Shown here: positions 1-8,480 of the stretch, in pieces
Layout of the letters: each line of letters begins with the position of its first letter
Numbering within the stretch: position 1 is the first letter of the stretch
Assembly (NCBI GenBank): GCA_963783365.1
Contig: CAWANI010000002.1
Span: forward strand, 42,778-106,777
Length of the DNA stretch: 64,000 nucleotides
Direction: 5' to 3'
Source of the DNA: an uncultured delta proteobacterium
GTDB lineage: Bacteria > Desulfobacterota > Desulfuromonadia > Desulfuromonadales > CAWANI01
Position numbers and translations under genes: made by a program
The notes under the pieces: generated by a model
The model's database searches: none
Told to the model about the DNA's origin: nothing
What the model saw: only the letters and a program-made list of their open reading frames with translations

Positions 1-382
1 ATGCCATTCATCCTTTCTGTAGAAAGATGGTTGAGCATCAAATTCGGCCTCAATAGCAGATCTGCAGCCTATAGCGTGTGCAAGTTAATTTAAAAAATAT
101 AATCACTTACACAATATCATCCTTTGATCCTTTTTCAATTCAGGACGCATGGGCCGCCAAAGAAACGATCCGGGTGATCGGACATCCTTAGAGGAAGGCC
201 TTTGGATCTTGTTGAAAAGAAGCCGATTTGACCGGGCAGCCAGCACGGCTGGATTATGTTTGCCGGATAGGGAAAAAGGGGGGATTTTCTGGATGGACTA
301 TGAGGGAGGGGAGTGAGAGGCAAAACCTGCCGCTTACCGAGTTACCGCATGGGCTGTTCAAATGCCACCACTTTTGGCGACT

Positions 383-1651
383 TTATTTCCCGGCGGACTT
401 GCCGTGGCCGTGGGGCGGAAGCTTCTTGAAGGTGACTGCCACCGGCATCTGCTGGCCGTCCCGCTCGATGAGGAGGGTAGCCTTCTTCCCGACGGCCTCC
501 TGCTTGACTGCGTAGATGACATCGAAGGTATCGGAGATCGGCTGGCTGCCGAAGCGCAGCAGCACATCCCCCTTTTTCAACCCGGCATCCGCGGCCGAAG
601 AGCCGGGCAGGACCCCTTCCACCATCACCTTGCCGTTTTTTTCTCCCAGCATCACCCCCAGCGAGACCCCTTCCTGGGGCAGTTTTTCATATCTGGTGAA
701 TTCGACGAAGTCGTAGGGCACCATGGGGAATTGGGGAGGGTGGATGTTCATGAGACGATCGCGCATATCCTTGGGGATGACGATTTCCTTAGAGCCGACC
801 AGGACGTAGGAGGTTGGCAGCCGGCGGAAAACCCGGCGGGGGATACCGAATCCGTACTGGATGTGGTTGCCGCCGGCCATCACCATCATGTGTCGGTTTT
901 TTCCCGCTGCACTGCCGAGGTAGGCCGCCACGTTGTGGGCCATGGTTTCGTCCCACAGGGTTTGGACTCGCTCGAAGGCGGCCAGCTCCCCGCTGCCATG
1001 TTCGTGCCCGGCGAAGGTCGCTTTCACCATGGCCCGTTGGTAGGGATCGGTCAGATCCATTTCAGCGGGGATCTTATTCCGCTCCTTTTCCGATAACTGG
1101 GCCAGATCATGATGGATCAGGGCGTCGACCGTGCTCTTTTCGGCGTTCAGGCCGATGACCGGAATCTTCCGCTCGCGGGCGAAATCCAGGATCGGCTTGT
1201 AATAGGCATAGTTCATTCTCCAGACCTGGTACCAGCGGGATTCGCGGAGAAACTCCTTTTCGGTGAGTTTCCCGGCCACCCATTGGTCCAGAGCCTTTTG
1301 CTGGGCGGGGGTGAACATCTCCATGCCCAGGGCGAGCTGTCCCGGATAGCGGTCGGCAAGCGCCCGCAGGACCGCCAGTTCGAGGCGATGGGCGGCGGGG
1401 TTGTCGTGGGTTTCCCCCACGTAGACGATGCGGGCCTGCGTCGCGATGTTGAGCATCTGCTGCTCGCTGACGTAGAGACCGGTGGGCAGGTGCAGAATGT
1501 CTCCCACCTTGGGAGACTGGGGCGGCGGATAGGGCTCTTCGGGGTTTCCGAGCGGGGATTCCATCGGTTTTACCTTAGGGGCACAGCCGCCGGCGAGCAG
1601 GGCGACGAGGGCGACGAGCAGGACGAGATGTTTGCGCGCGAAGGGGGCCAT
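383..1651 (-). CDS. ChaN-family (haem-binding type) secreted/lipoprotein with C-terminal PDZ domain
   Basis: 422-aa ORF. N-terminal signal peptide ends ...LLAGGC. The GETHDNPAAH region is typical of the ChaN/Cofac_haem_bdg family. The C-terminal GVSLGV...GSSAADAGLKKGDVLL segment looks like a PDZ domain. Confidence 0.7.
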   Translation of the reverse strand: MAPFARKHLVLLVALVALLAGGCAPKVKPMESPLGNPEEPYPPPQSPKVGDILHLPTGLYVSEQQMLNIATQARIVYVGETHDNPAAHRLELAVLRALADRYPGQLALGMEMFTPAQQKALDQWVAGKLTEKEFLRESRWYQVWRMNYAYYKPILDFARERKIPVIGLNAEKSTVDALIHHDLAQLSEKERNKIPAEMDLTDPYQRAMVKATFAGHEHGSGELAAFERVQTLWDETMAHNVAAYLGSAAGKNRHMMVMAGGNHIQYGFGIPRRVFRRLPTSYVLVGSKEIVIPKDMRDRLMNIHPPQFPMVPYDFVEFTRYEKLPQEGVSLGVMLGEKNGKVMVEGVLPGSSAADAGLKKGDVLLRFGSQPISDTFDVIYAVKQEAVGKKATLLIERDGQQMPVAVTFKKLPPHGHGKSAGK

Positions 1652-1669
1652 GGGCGAGCTCCATCGGTC

Positions 1670-2476
1670 TCAGAAAATGTTTTTGGAATAGAAAATCTCT
1701 GTCATCTCCCGGATCAGTCCGGTCTTGACCCGTTCCCGTTCCTGGGAAGAAAAATCCTTCGAGGCGGAGCCGAACAGATAATTGTCCAGTTCGAGGTCGC
1801 GTAGCAGCATCTTGGTATGGAAGAGGTTTTCCTGGTGGATGTTGATGTCGACGCACTGGTAGAGATCGCGAATCGGTTTTTCGATGAACTGCTGAATGGA
1901 AAGAATTTTGTGGTCGATATAGTGCTTGCGGCCGCGCACGTCCCGGGTAAAGCCGCGCACCTTGTAATCGACCAGGACGATGTCCGATTCGAAGGAGCGG
2001 ATCAGATGGTTCAGGGCCTTCAGCGGGCTGATCTTGCCACAGGTGGAGACGTCGACGTCCACGCGAAACGTACTAATCCCGGATTTCGAGTCGGTTTCCG
2101 GGTAGGTGTGGATACAGAGATGGCTCTTGTCCAGATGGGCCAGCGTCTGCTCGGGTTTCGGCTCCACCGGCTCTTCGGCGATCAGGATCGTGACGCTCGC
2201 CCCCATGGGGTCGTAGTCCTGGCTGGAGATGTTGAGGATGTTGGCGCCGATGATATCGGCCACCTCGCTGAGAATCCGCACCAGCCGCTCCGAGTTGTAT
2301 TCCTCGTCGATATATTCAAGATACTCCTTCCGGGCCTGCGGAGAGCGGGCGTAGCAGATATCGTAGATGTTGAAGGAGAGGGTCTTGGTCAGATTGTTGA
2401 AGCCGCGCAGCCGTAGCTTCTTGCGGGGACGTTTGGTCCGGGAGACTTTGGTGTTTTTTTTCGGGGCCATCGGCAA
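1670..2476 (-). CDS. speD: S-adenosylmethionine decarboxylase proenzyme (E. coli SpeD type)
   Basis: 268-aa ORF. It is collinear with E. coli SpeD as I recall it ([58 protein letters not shown]). Confidence 0.9.
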   Translation of the reverse strand: MPMAPKKNTKVSRTKRPRKKLRLRGFNNLTKTLSFNIYDICYARSPQARKEYLEYIDEEYNSERLVRILSEVADIIGANILNISSQDYDPMGASVTILIAEEPVEPKPEQTLAHLDKSHLCIHTYPETDSKSGISTFRVDVDVSTCGKISPLKALNHLIRSFESDIVLVDYKVRGFTRDVRGRKHYIDHKILSIQQFIEKPIRDLYQCVDINIHQENLFHTKMLLRDLELDNYLFGSASKDFSSQERERVKTGLIREMTEIFYSKNIF

Positions 2477-2679
2477 ATCCCTTCCAGCGTGATCTGTCAG
2501 TCATAAACCCTCCAATTAAACCATAAATGGGAAGTCCGGGACAAGGGGCAATCCCGGCCGCTGGGGGGGATTCGAAAAATAGCGTTTGTCCGAAACGGGG
2601 GACGTACCGCCTTTGGGATACCGGGTGGCCCGGGACGTTGTCGTGGATGTGCGGCCCGCCGGCAGGCCGCAACCTGCAC

Positions 2680-3174
2680 TCAGGGGCGTCTCGCCAGCAG
2701 CCGCAGCTGGTCCGGGGTCAGGTGAAAGTGCAGCTCGGCCTCCGTCGTCGGTAAAGAAGTGACGTCCAAGCGGCAGAGGCCCCCGTTTTCAAAGTGGATG
2801 TGGACCTTGGAGCCGGCGCTGAGCAGTGCCGAGGCGATCTCTCCGAGAGAGGGAAGATGGCCGGCGATCAGTATGGAACGGCAGCCGAGAAGCGGCTTGA
2901 GAAATGCAAGAGTTTCCCCGGCGGGGGCCGACGGTTTGAGCGTTTCGGTTTCGATGAGGTCGCTGTAGGGAAAATTGATCGCTTCGGCGATCAGGGCGGC
3001 GGTCTGCTTCGACCGTTTCTTCGGGCTGTGGAGGATGGCGTCGGGAACGATTCCGAGAGTTTTCATCGCCGCCGCCGATGCCTGGATCTGCGTCACCCCC
3101 TCGCGGCTCAGCGGGCGCTCCGGGTTTTCGTCTTCAGAGACCGCCAGACCGTGCTGCATCAAGTAGAGTTCCAT
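2680..3174 (-). CDS. sixA: SixA-like phosphohistidine phosphatase (histidine phosphatase superfamily)
   Basis: 164-aa ORF of SixA length. The N-terminus MELYLMQHGLAV reads QHG where SixA normally has RHG. It also has HSPKKRSKQTA and an IAGHLPSLG-type C-terminal half. Confidence 0.65.
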   Translation of the reverse strand: MELYLMQHGLAVSEDENPERPLSREGVTQIQASAAAMKTLGIVPDAILHSPKKRSKQTAALIAEAINFPYSDLIETETLKPSAPAGETLAFLKPLLGCRSILIAGHLPSLGEIASALLSAGSKVHIHFENGGLCRLDVTSLPTTEAELHFHLTPDQLRLLARRP

Positions 3175-3462
3175 ATCGGCTCCTTCTGAAAAGAGAGGTT
3201 CCCGCTCGGTCGTTTCCCCCGGTGCGGCGAAAGACCTGTCGTTGGTTCATAAAGTCTAGCGAATAAACGACCGACAGACAACGAGCGGGACACGAGAACC
3301 CTATCACAAGGGGCCAAATGGCGCCTCCCTGAACCGGCAACGCCGCTTTACCGAAAAGTCGGCAAAGCGGCGTTGGAGAATCGCATCTCTCATAACATTC
3401 AGGGAGCGGGAGAATCTTTTTTAGCGTAGATGCGCTGCGGCGGAGAACTTCCAGGATCTCTT

Positions 3463-4014
3463 TCAGGCGGCCTTCCGGGCCTCCAGGCGCTCCACGATCT
3501 GCCGGTAGTGCTCTTCCACCCCGGGGGCGGCGTCCGCCGCCCGGCGATAGGCTTCGACCATGCCCGGCCGGACCTCCTCGGGCAGCACCCGTTCGGAGAG
3601 GGGATAGAGGATGCCGTCTTCCTTGGCGATATGGTCCCGCAGCAGAGCCGCGTAGCCGCGGGCGTTCTCGGCGATGACCGGCACTTGGCCGGGTTCGCCC
3701 TGCCGGGCCTTTTGCGCCGCGGTTTCCAGGGCGGCGACGTGGGCCCGCCCCTGGTCGTGGGCCATAAGCATGGCCGCCACCGGCGAGTTCTTCTCGGGCA
3801 TGCCGTTTTTCACCAGCTCCCGAAAGAGAACGTCCTCTTCCTTGGCGTGGTGGAAACGGTCGGCGAAGTTGCGGATGAAGTCGACCGCTTCGAGGAAAAA
3901 GCCCCAATTTCGGCTGCGGCCTTCTTCGACCTGGCGGGTTTGCTCCTCCAGAAGATCGATCATGCGCAGGATGAGCCGGTGCTCTTCCACCAGGACTTGG
4001 GTCACGTCGGTCAT
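3463..4014 (-). CDS. hemerythrin (HHE cation-binding) domain protein
   Basis: 183-aa ORF with hemerythrin-type His/Glu motifs (EEHRLI, FHHAKEEDVLF, MAHDQGR, LRDHIAKEDGILYP). Confidence 0.8.
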   Translation of the reverse strand: MTDVTQVLVEEHRLILRMIDLLEEQTRQVEEGRSRNWGFFLEAVDFIRNFADRFHHAKEEDVLFRELVKNGMPEKNSPVAAMLMAHDQGRAHVAALETAAQKARQGEPGQVPVIAENARGYAALLRDHIAKEDGILYPLSERVLPEEVRPGMVEAYRRAADAAPGVEEHYRQIVERLEARKAA

Positions 4015-4016
4015 GA

Positions 4017-4475
4017 TCAGCTTCTCCTTTCTCCGTCGACGCCGATTACCACGATTTCAAGGGGGATCTCCTTGCCCGAGGCTTCGAGGGCGCGCTGGGC
4101 CATCATCGCCAGGCCCCGGCAGCAGGGAACTTCCATGATGGTGACGGTGAGCGACTTGATGTCGTTCTGTTGCAGAATCTGGGTCAGCTTTTCCATATAG
4201 GGACTGGTGTCGTCCAGTTTGGGACAGGCGTTGACCAGCACCTTCCCCTTGATGAAGTCGCGATGGTAGTCGGCATAGGCGAAGGGCGTGCAGTCGGCGG
4301 CGATCAGCAGATGGGCCTCCTTCAGCCAAGGGGCGAAGGGCGGCACCAGATGGAGCTGGGTCGGCCACTGGCGCAGTTCCGACTGGAGCTTTTCGGTGAC
4401 AGCAGAGTTTTCGGTTTCTTTCTTTTCGATGGTCCGCACCTGGGACCCGGGGCAGCCGCAAGCAAGATTTTTCAT
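4017..4475 (-). CDS. Cys-rich putative iron-sulfur/redox protein (family not assigned)
   Basis: ORF 4017..4508, with the start moved to Met12 (MKNLACGCPG) behind the RBS AGAGGAGAACCACC. Cys motifs are CGCPG, AADC, NACP and VPCC. The gap to the hemerythrin gene is only 2 nt. Confidence 0.55.
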   Translation of the reverse strand: MKNLACGCPGSQVRTIEKKETENSAVTEKLQSELRQWPTQLHLVPPFAPWLKEAHLLIAADCTPFAYADYHRDFIKGKVLVNACPKLDDTSPYMEKLTQILQQNDIKSLTVTIMEVPCCRGLAMMAQRALEASGKEIPLEIVVIGVDGERRS

Positions 4476-4525
4476 GGTGGTTCTCCTCTTTTTTCGAATG
4501 GGTGGCAAATTTTATTGACTGACGC

Positions 4526-4741
4526 TCAGGAGGCGCTCAGGTAGTCGTTGATTTCCTCTTCGAGCTTCTTTTCCGTTTCGGCGCCGAGACCGTGGATCGA
4601 TACCACATCCTTCAACAGGCAGATCCCCACACCGCAGGTGACGCAGCCGATGTCGTAGCGCTGCAGGATCTCTCCGACGGGGGGATGGTCTTCGAGAACT
4701 TTCTTTATTTCCTGATTGCCGAGATCGTTTTTCAGCTCCAT
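4526..4741 (-). CDS. DUF1858 / hybrid-cluster-protein-associated redox-disulfide domain protein
   Basis: 71-aa product MELKNDLGNQEIKKVLEDHPPVGEILQRYDIGCVTCGVGIC...; start at Met49 of ORF 4526..4885 behind the RBS GAGGAAGGAGAG. A CxxC lies in a DUF1858-like context. Confidence 0.6.
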   Translation of the reverse strand: MELKNDLGNQEIKKVLEDHPPVGEILQRYDIGCVTCGVGICLLKDVVSIHGLGAETEKKLEEEINDYLSAS

Positions 4742-4923
4742 GGTCTCTCTCCTTCCTCGATGGTGATGGCAGGATAACCGAGGGAAAAGAAAGAAAACAT
4801 GATGCAGGTCAAAAGAAAAATTTTTCTGCGCATTTTTCAGGTTTCTCCCGGATAACCGGTCTCGTGCCGTCCCCGCAGGCGTCACCAGATATTCGGTTTG
4901 GGAGCGGAAAGGGGGGCGCGACG

Positions 4924-4957
4924 AAAAAAAAGGGCGGCCCGGAAGGACCGCCCTTTT
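4924..4957 (-). terminator. rho-independent terminator downstream of the zinc-ribbon gene (hairpin usable on both strands)
   Basis: Arms agggcgg (4931-4937) and ccgccct (4948-4954), 10-nt loop. An 8-A run on the + strand gives a U8 tract on the - strand, and TTTT follows on the + strand. Confidence 0.65.
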
Positions 4958-4980
4958 GACGAAAGATGGAGGGTGGCGCT

Positions 4981-5588
4981 TTAGGGGAGCACCAGCGGCG
5001 TTTTGCAGGCGGGGCAGCGAACCCGTTTTCCCGACAGGCCCTTTTTATAGGCCAGCTTGTGCCCGCAGGTGCCGCATCGGGCCAAGTGGGAATCGGGCTT
5101 GCGGGGATTGTCCGGCAGCCGAATCACGGCCGGTTTTTCTTCGGCCGGGGTGACCGGGACTTCTTCTGGGGCTCTTCCCCGGGGGCGACGGGCTCTTCCG
5201 GTTCTTCCTGGGGCGGGGTTGTCGCCGCAGCGGCTTCTTCTTCCTCTTCGAATTGGGGCTGAGAAGAGGGCTCTTCTATCTGCTCACCGGGAAAAGCGGC
5301 CGCTTCTGCCGTCTCTTCTTCCTCCTCAAAGGCGGCAGACCCGGCAGGCTCTTCCCCCCCTTCTTCGGACACGGCTACCGCCTCCGCGGCCTCTTCCTCT
5401 TCGTAACCAGGTTCCGTGGAGACGGTTTCCGGCTCTGCCGGCACATCTTCCAGGTTAGGCGGCGTTTCCAGGGCGACCTGCGGGGTGATGCCTTCCACCT
5501 CGGTCAGCCAATCGGTGCCCTCCTCCTCACCCCCGAAGGGGGGCAATGGCTCCTGTTCTTCTTGCGGGGCGGGGCCCTCCTCCGTCAC
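4981..5588 (-). pseudogene. acidic Glu/Pro-rich protein with C-terminal CxxC...CxxC zinc ribbon, interrupted by one frameshift
   Basis: ORF 5124..5588 (acidic low-complexity) stops at 5124. A second frame continues ...PEEVPVTPAEEKPAVIRLPDNPRKPDSHLARCGTCGHKLAYKKGLSGKRVRCPACKTPLVLP* to 4981, followed by a terminator. The frames rejoin if the C4 run (+ strand GGGG, 5167-5170) were C5. Confidence 0.55.
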
Positions 5589-5980
5589 CGTTGGTGCGGC
5601 CGCCTCGGTTGCCTCGGTTGCCTCGGTTGCCTCGGTTGCCTCGGTTGCCTCGGTTGCCTCGGTTCCGGCGTCGGTTTTTCCTCTTCTGGAGAAAATGTGA
5701 ACATCTCCTCGGCGACTTCCGTCGGCGCGGTTGCCCCCCCGGCGGTGGGCAGCTCTCCCGGGGCCGGCCGGCTGGAATTTTCCATGAGAGTCACCAGCTT
5801 GGCGATCTGATCGTTCAGCCTGGCCACTTCACTGAAGGTGGCGTGAGACCATTTCCAGATTCGCCAGACGAAAAAGGGAAGCAGGACCGCCAGGGCACCC
5901 AGAAATAGAAAAACCAAAAACACCATGAACCAGGCGGTTCCGGCGAGTTGGGTGAAGAACTGAAAATCGTGAGGCTGCAT
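5585..5980 (-). CDS. membrane-anchored protein with a (PRQ)n tandem-repeat tail
   Basis: 131-aa ORF with one clear TM segment (AWFMVFLVFLFLGALAVLLPFFVW). The C-terminal PRQPRQPRQ... is encoded by a 9-bp tandem repeat. A 4-nt GTGA overlap joins it to the downstream acidic ORF. Confidence 0.5.
   Translation of the reverse strand: MQPHDFQFFTQLAGTAWFMVFLVFLFLGALAVLLPFFVWRIWKWSHATFSEVARLNDQIAKLVTLMENSSRPAPGELPTAGGATAPTEVAEEMFTFSPEEEKPTPEPRQPRQPRQPRQPRQPRQPRRPHQR
5602..5664. repeat. perfect 9-bp tandem repeat gcctcggtt x7 inside a coding region
   Basis: Counted directly: seven head-to-tail copies. Confidence 0.9.
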
Positions 5981-6153
5981 CGAATCCTCCTTTTCAGGAA
6001 AGGGAAAATTTCAATCAGTTACCATATGCATCCCTTTTAATACCTTTCCCGGGTCCGGGTGTCAACTCGTTTCCGTTTCCGTGGGGGAGTCGGGACATCG
6101 TCCCGGGATGCGGTATACTTGATGAAGATCCCTAATGAAAAGGAGGTGCGTTC

Positions 6154-6351
6154 ATGTCCATGGTCAAGACCTGGTATACCCCAGAGGAAGCGGAATCCAA
6201 ATTCGGGGTGCAAAAACAGCGGCTCCTGGATTGGGTGGAGGACGGCCTGGTCCGCTGCGAGCGGGAGGATGGGAAGGTCGTTCGGATCAATATCGACGAC
6301 GTTCAACTCGAGGTCGAGAGGATGGTACAGGAGTCGAAAGGTGGAAGTTAG
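6154..6351 (+). CDS. small helix-turn-helix (MerR/excisionase-type) DNA-binding protein
   Basis: 65-aa ORF behind the strong RBS AAAGGAGG. The sequence WYTPEEAESKFGVQKQRLLDWVEDGLV looks like an HTH_17-type domain. Confidence 0.55.
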   Translation: MSMVKTWYTPEEAESKFGVQKQRLLDWVEDGLVRCEREDGKVVRINIDDVQLEVERMVQESKGGS

Positions 6352-7576
6352 CGGTGAAGGGGGCCGGCCGGGATTCTTCGATGTGGCGGTGGTCGGCGGG
6401 GGGATTGTCGGCGCGGCCACGGCCAAGGCCCTGATCGAAGAAACCCCTGGTCTGTCCCTGGTGCTCCTCGAAAAAGAGGAGCACCTGGCCCGGCATCAGA
6501 CCGGGCACAACAGCGGCGTCATCCATTCTGGGCTCTATTATCGTCCCGGTTCTCTCAAGGCCCAAAACTGCGTCACCGGCCGGGAGGCCCTCTACCGGTT
6601 CTGCGAGGAGCGGGGCGTGCCCTATGAGCGGTGCGGCAAGGTGGTGGTGGCCGTCAGCGAAGAGGAGATTCCCGCCCTCGATGATCTGGAGCGCCGCGGA
6701 AGAGAAAACGGTCTTGCGGGACTCACCCGTCTCGACGGCGGGGAGCTGCGCGATTTCGAGCCCCATGTGGCGGGGATTGCCGGGCTGCATATCGCCGAGA
6801 CCGGCATCGTCGACTATGTCCGGGTCACCGAGGCCTTCGCCACTGTGGTGCGGGAGCGGGGCGGAGAGATCCGCACCGGCTCCCGGGTGCGGGCCGTCCG
6901 GCGGCAAGAGGACGGCTACCGGCTCGATACCCCACTGGGAGATGTCCGGTGCCGCTTTCTGATCAACTGCACCGGGCTGCACAGCGACCGCGTCGCCCGC
7001 ATGGCCGGCGCCGCCCCCGGCGTGCGGATCATCCCCTTTCGGGGCGAGTACTACCGGATGAGCGCCGCGCGCCGCGAACTGGTGCGAAACCTCATCTATC
7101 CGGTGCCCGATCCGGCATTTCCCTTTCTCGGCGTCCACTTCACCCGCATGATCGACGGCGAGCGGGAGGCCGGCCCCAATGCCGTACTGGCCCTCAAGCG
7201 CGAGGGGTACGGCCGGTTCAGCTTCTCGCCGCGGGATCTCTGGGAGACCGTCTCCTTCGGCGGATTCTGGCGCCTGGCCGGACGCTACTGGCGAACGGGC
7301 TTGGGGGAATACTATCGCTCCTTCAGCAAGGGGGCCTTCGTCCGGGATCTGCAGCGGCTGATTCCTGAGCTGGCGGCGCAGGACGTGGCGCGCGGCACGG
7401 CGGGGGTGCGTGCTCAGGCGGTGGATGCGACGGGAAAGCTGCTGGATGATTTCTGTATCGAGGAAGGGGAGGGGGCGATTCATGTGCTGAACGCGCCGTC
7501 GCCGGCGGCCACCGCCTCGCTCAGCATCGGGCGAACGGTGGCGGAGCGGGCAAAGGTTGCCTTTGCTCTCGGTTGA
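6341..7576 (+). CDS. lhgO: L-2-hydroxyglutarate oxidase/dehydrogenase (FAD)
   Basis: Collinear with E. coli LhgO/YgaF as recalled (DVAVVGGGIVG, HQTGHNSGVIHSGLYY, PFRGEYY, IYPVPDP.FPFLGVHFTRMIDG, GVRAQAV, NAPSPAATAS). The GTG start at 6341 follows AGGAG and overlaps the upstream stop. Confidence 0.85.
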   Translation: MEVSGEGGRPGFFDVAVVGGGIVGAATAKALIEETPGLSLVLLEKEEHLARHQTGHNSGVIHSGLYYRPGSLKAQNCVTGREALYRFCEERGVPYERCGKVVVAVSEEEIPALDDLERRGRENGLAGLTRLDGGELRDFEPHVAGIAGLHIAETGIVDYVRVTEAFATVVRERGGEIRTGSRVRAVRRQEDGYRLDTPLGDVRCRFLINCTGLHSDRVARMAGAAPGVRIIPFRGEYYRMSAARRELVRNLIYPVPDPAFPFLGVHFTRMIDGEREAGPNAVLALKREGYGRFSFSPRDLWETVSFGGFWRLAGRYWRTGLGEYYRSFSKGAFVRDLQRLIPELAAQDVARGTAGVRAQAVDATGKLLDDFCIEEGEGAIHVLNAPSPAATASLSIGRTVAERAKVAFALG

Positions 7577-7595
7577 CGGGGCGGTGAAGGGTTTT

Positions 7596-7892
7596 CTAAC
7601 AGCAGCTGGAGCCGCCCCCGCAGTCGCAGCTCGGCTCTTCTCCCGTCAGCCAGCCGTGAATGATCGCGCTGGCGCATCCCACCCCCGCCTGAACGGAGAT
7701 CGCCGACACCGGGCAGTTGCGGGCGCAGGCGCCGCACTCGATGCAGCGGTCGCGATCGCCGATGCGGGCCTTGCCCTCTTCCAGGGTGAAAACCCCGTGC
7801 GGGCAGACCGTCGGGCACATTCCGCAGCCGATACAGGCCTCGGTATCCAATTGCAGGGTTGTCACCCCTTCCAGATAGCGCAGTTCTTTCAT
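7596..7892 (-). CDS. hgcB: mercury-methylation ferredoxin HgcB (2x[4Fe-4S])
   Basis: 98 aa, MKELRYLEG.... It has two CX2CX2CX3CP motifs (CIGCGMCPTVCP, CIECGACARNCP), an extra Cys in GVGCAS, and a C-terminal ...GGGSSCC vicinal pair. It lies downstream of hgcA on the same strand. Confidence 0.85.
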   Translation of the reverse strand: MKELRYLEGVTTLQLDTEACIGCGMCPTVCPHGVFTLEEGKARIGDRDRCIECGACARNCPVSAISVQAGVGCASAIIHGWLTGEEPSCDCGGGSSCC

Positions 7893-8078
7893 GTTGGAAC
7901 CTCTCATTGTTGACGAAATACAGCTTCTCCCAAGTGGTTCGATCCTCCTGAGATTCCCTGCCCACCAGGGAAACGGGCTGCGCGCCCCAGCCGTTTCCTT
8001 GCCACAAGGGACCTGATGTTTCACTAACACCGAGGTCCGCCAGTCCCACTGGACCGTCGCGAAAGGAGTGCCCCCCGC

Positions 8079-8167
8079 CAGGGGCCGCCCTTTTCTTTGC
8101 ATCCTTTCTTTTGGGCGGGATAAAAAGAAAGGATGGCGGGGTGCGGGGCGCAGCGCCCGCGGTCTTG
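8079..8167. repeat. intergenic hairpin repeat R1, copy 1 (about 96% identical to 28677..28767)
   Basis: caggggccgcccttttctttgcatcctttcttttgggcggRataaaaagaaaggatggcggggtgcggggcgcRgcgcccgcggtcttg is present at both loci. It contains a 13-bp hairpin, catcctttctttt/aaaagaaaggatg. Confidence 0.85.
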
Positions 8168-8480
8168 GGGTTGTTTCGTCGGCAATGTTGATATTGGTTC
8201 CCGCGGGGGAGAAAAACCCAAGGTTAAATTCGCCGGTCCCGGCCGGCAGCCGGGTAACTTTCTTTGCTCGTCCAAAGAAAGTCACCAAAGAAAGGACGAT
8301 CACCTGCGGTGGGCATTTCTGTCGCCAATGACTCCGACTCTTGCCAACCTCGCTGCATATTTACTGGCGCGGCCCTCCGTGGCGAGGAAGCAGCTGGCTG
8401 CCTTTTCCCCGAAGCGGTACTTACCCTCAGTCAGGAGCCTCTTTCGGCAGGCTGATTACCGGATAAAGGTGATAGCCTGG

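Noticed and set aside
135-567. Short ORFs at the left end (135..323 -, 228..515 +, 358..567 -)
   Set aside because: No RBS, no recognisable domains, and partial overlap with the 3' end of the ChaN-like gene. The composition is typical of non-coding frames.
7936-7945. tRNA-like T-arm sequence ggttcgatcc in the hgcA-hgcB spacer
   Set aside because: The flanking bases cannot form a T-stem (agtgg versus ctcct), and no acceptor or anticodon arms are evident.
8068-8331. ORFs that translate the intergenic repeats (8068..8331, 8024..8275, the upstream part of 7596..8303, 9753..10229, 9763..10011, 28532..29080, 54743..55441, 54693..55123, 11468..11775)
   Set aside because: Their similarity to one another is explained by the nucleotide repeats. 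They have no RBS, odd composition, and the same sequence is read in different frames and strands at different loci.
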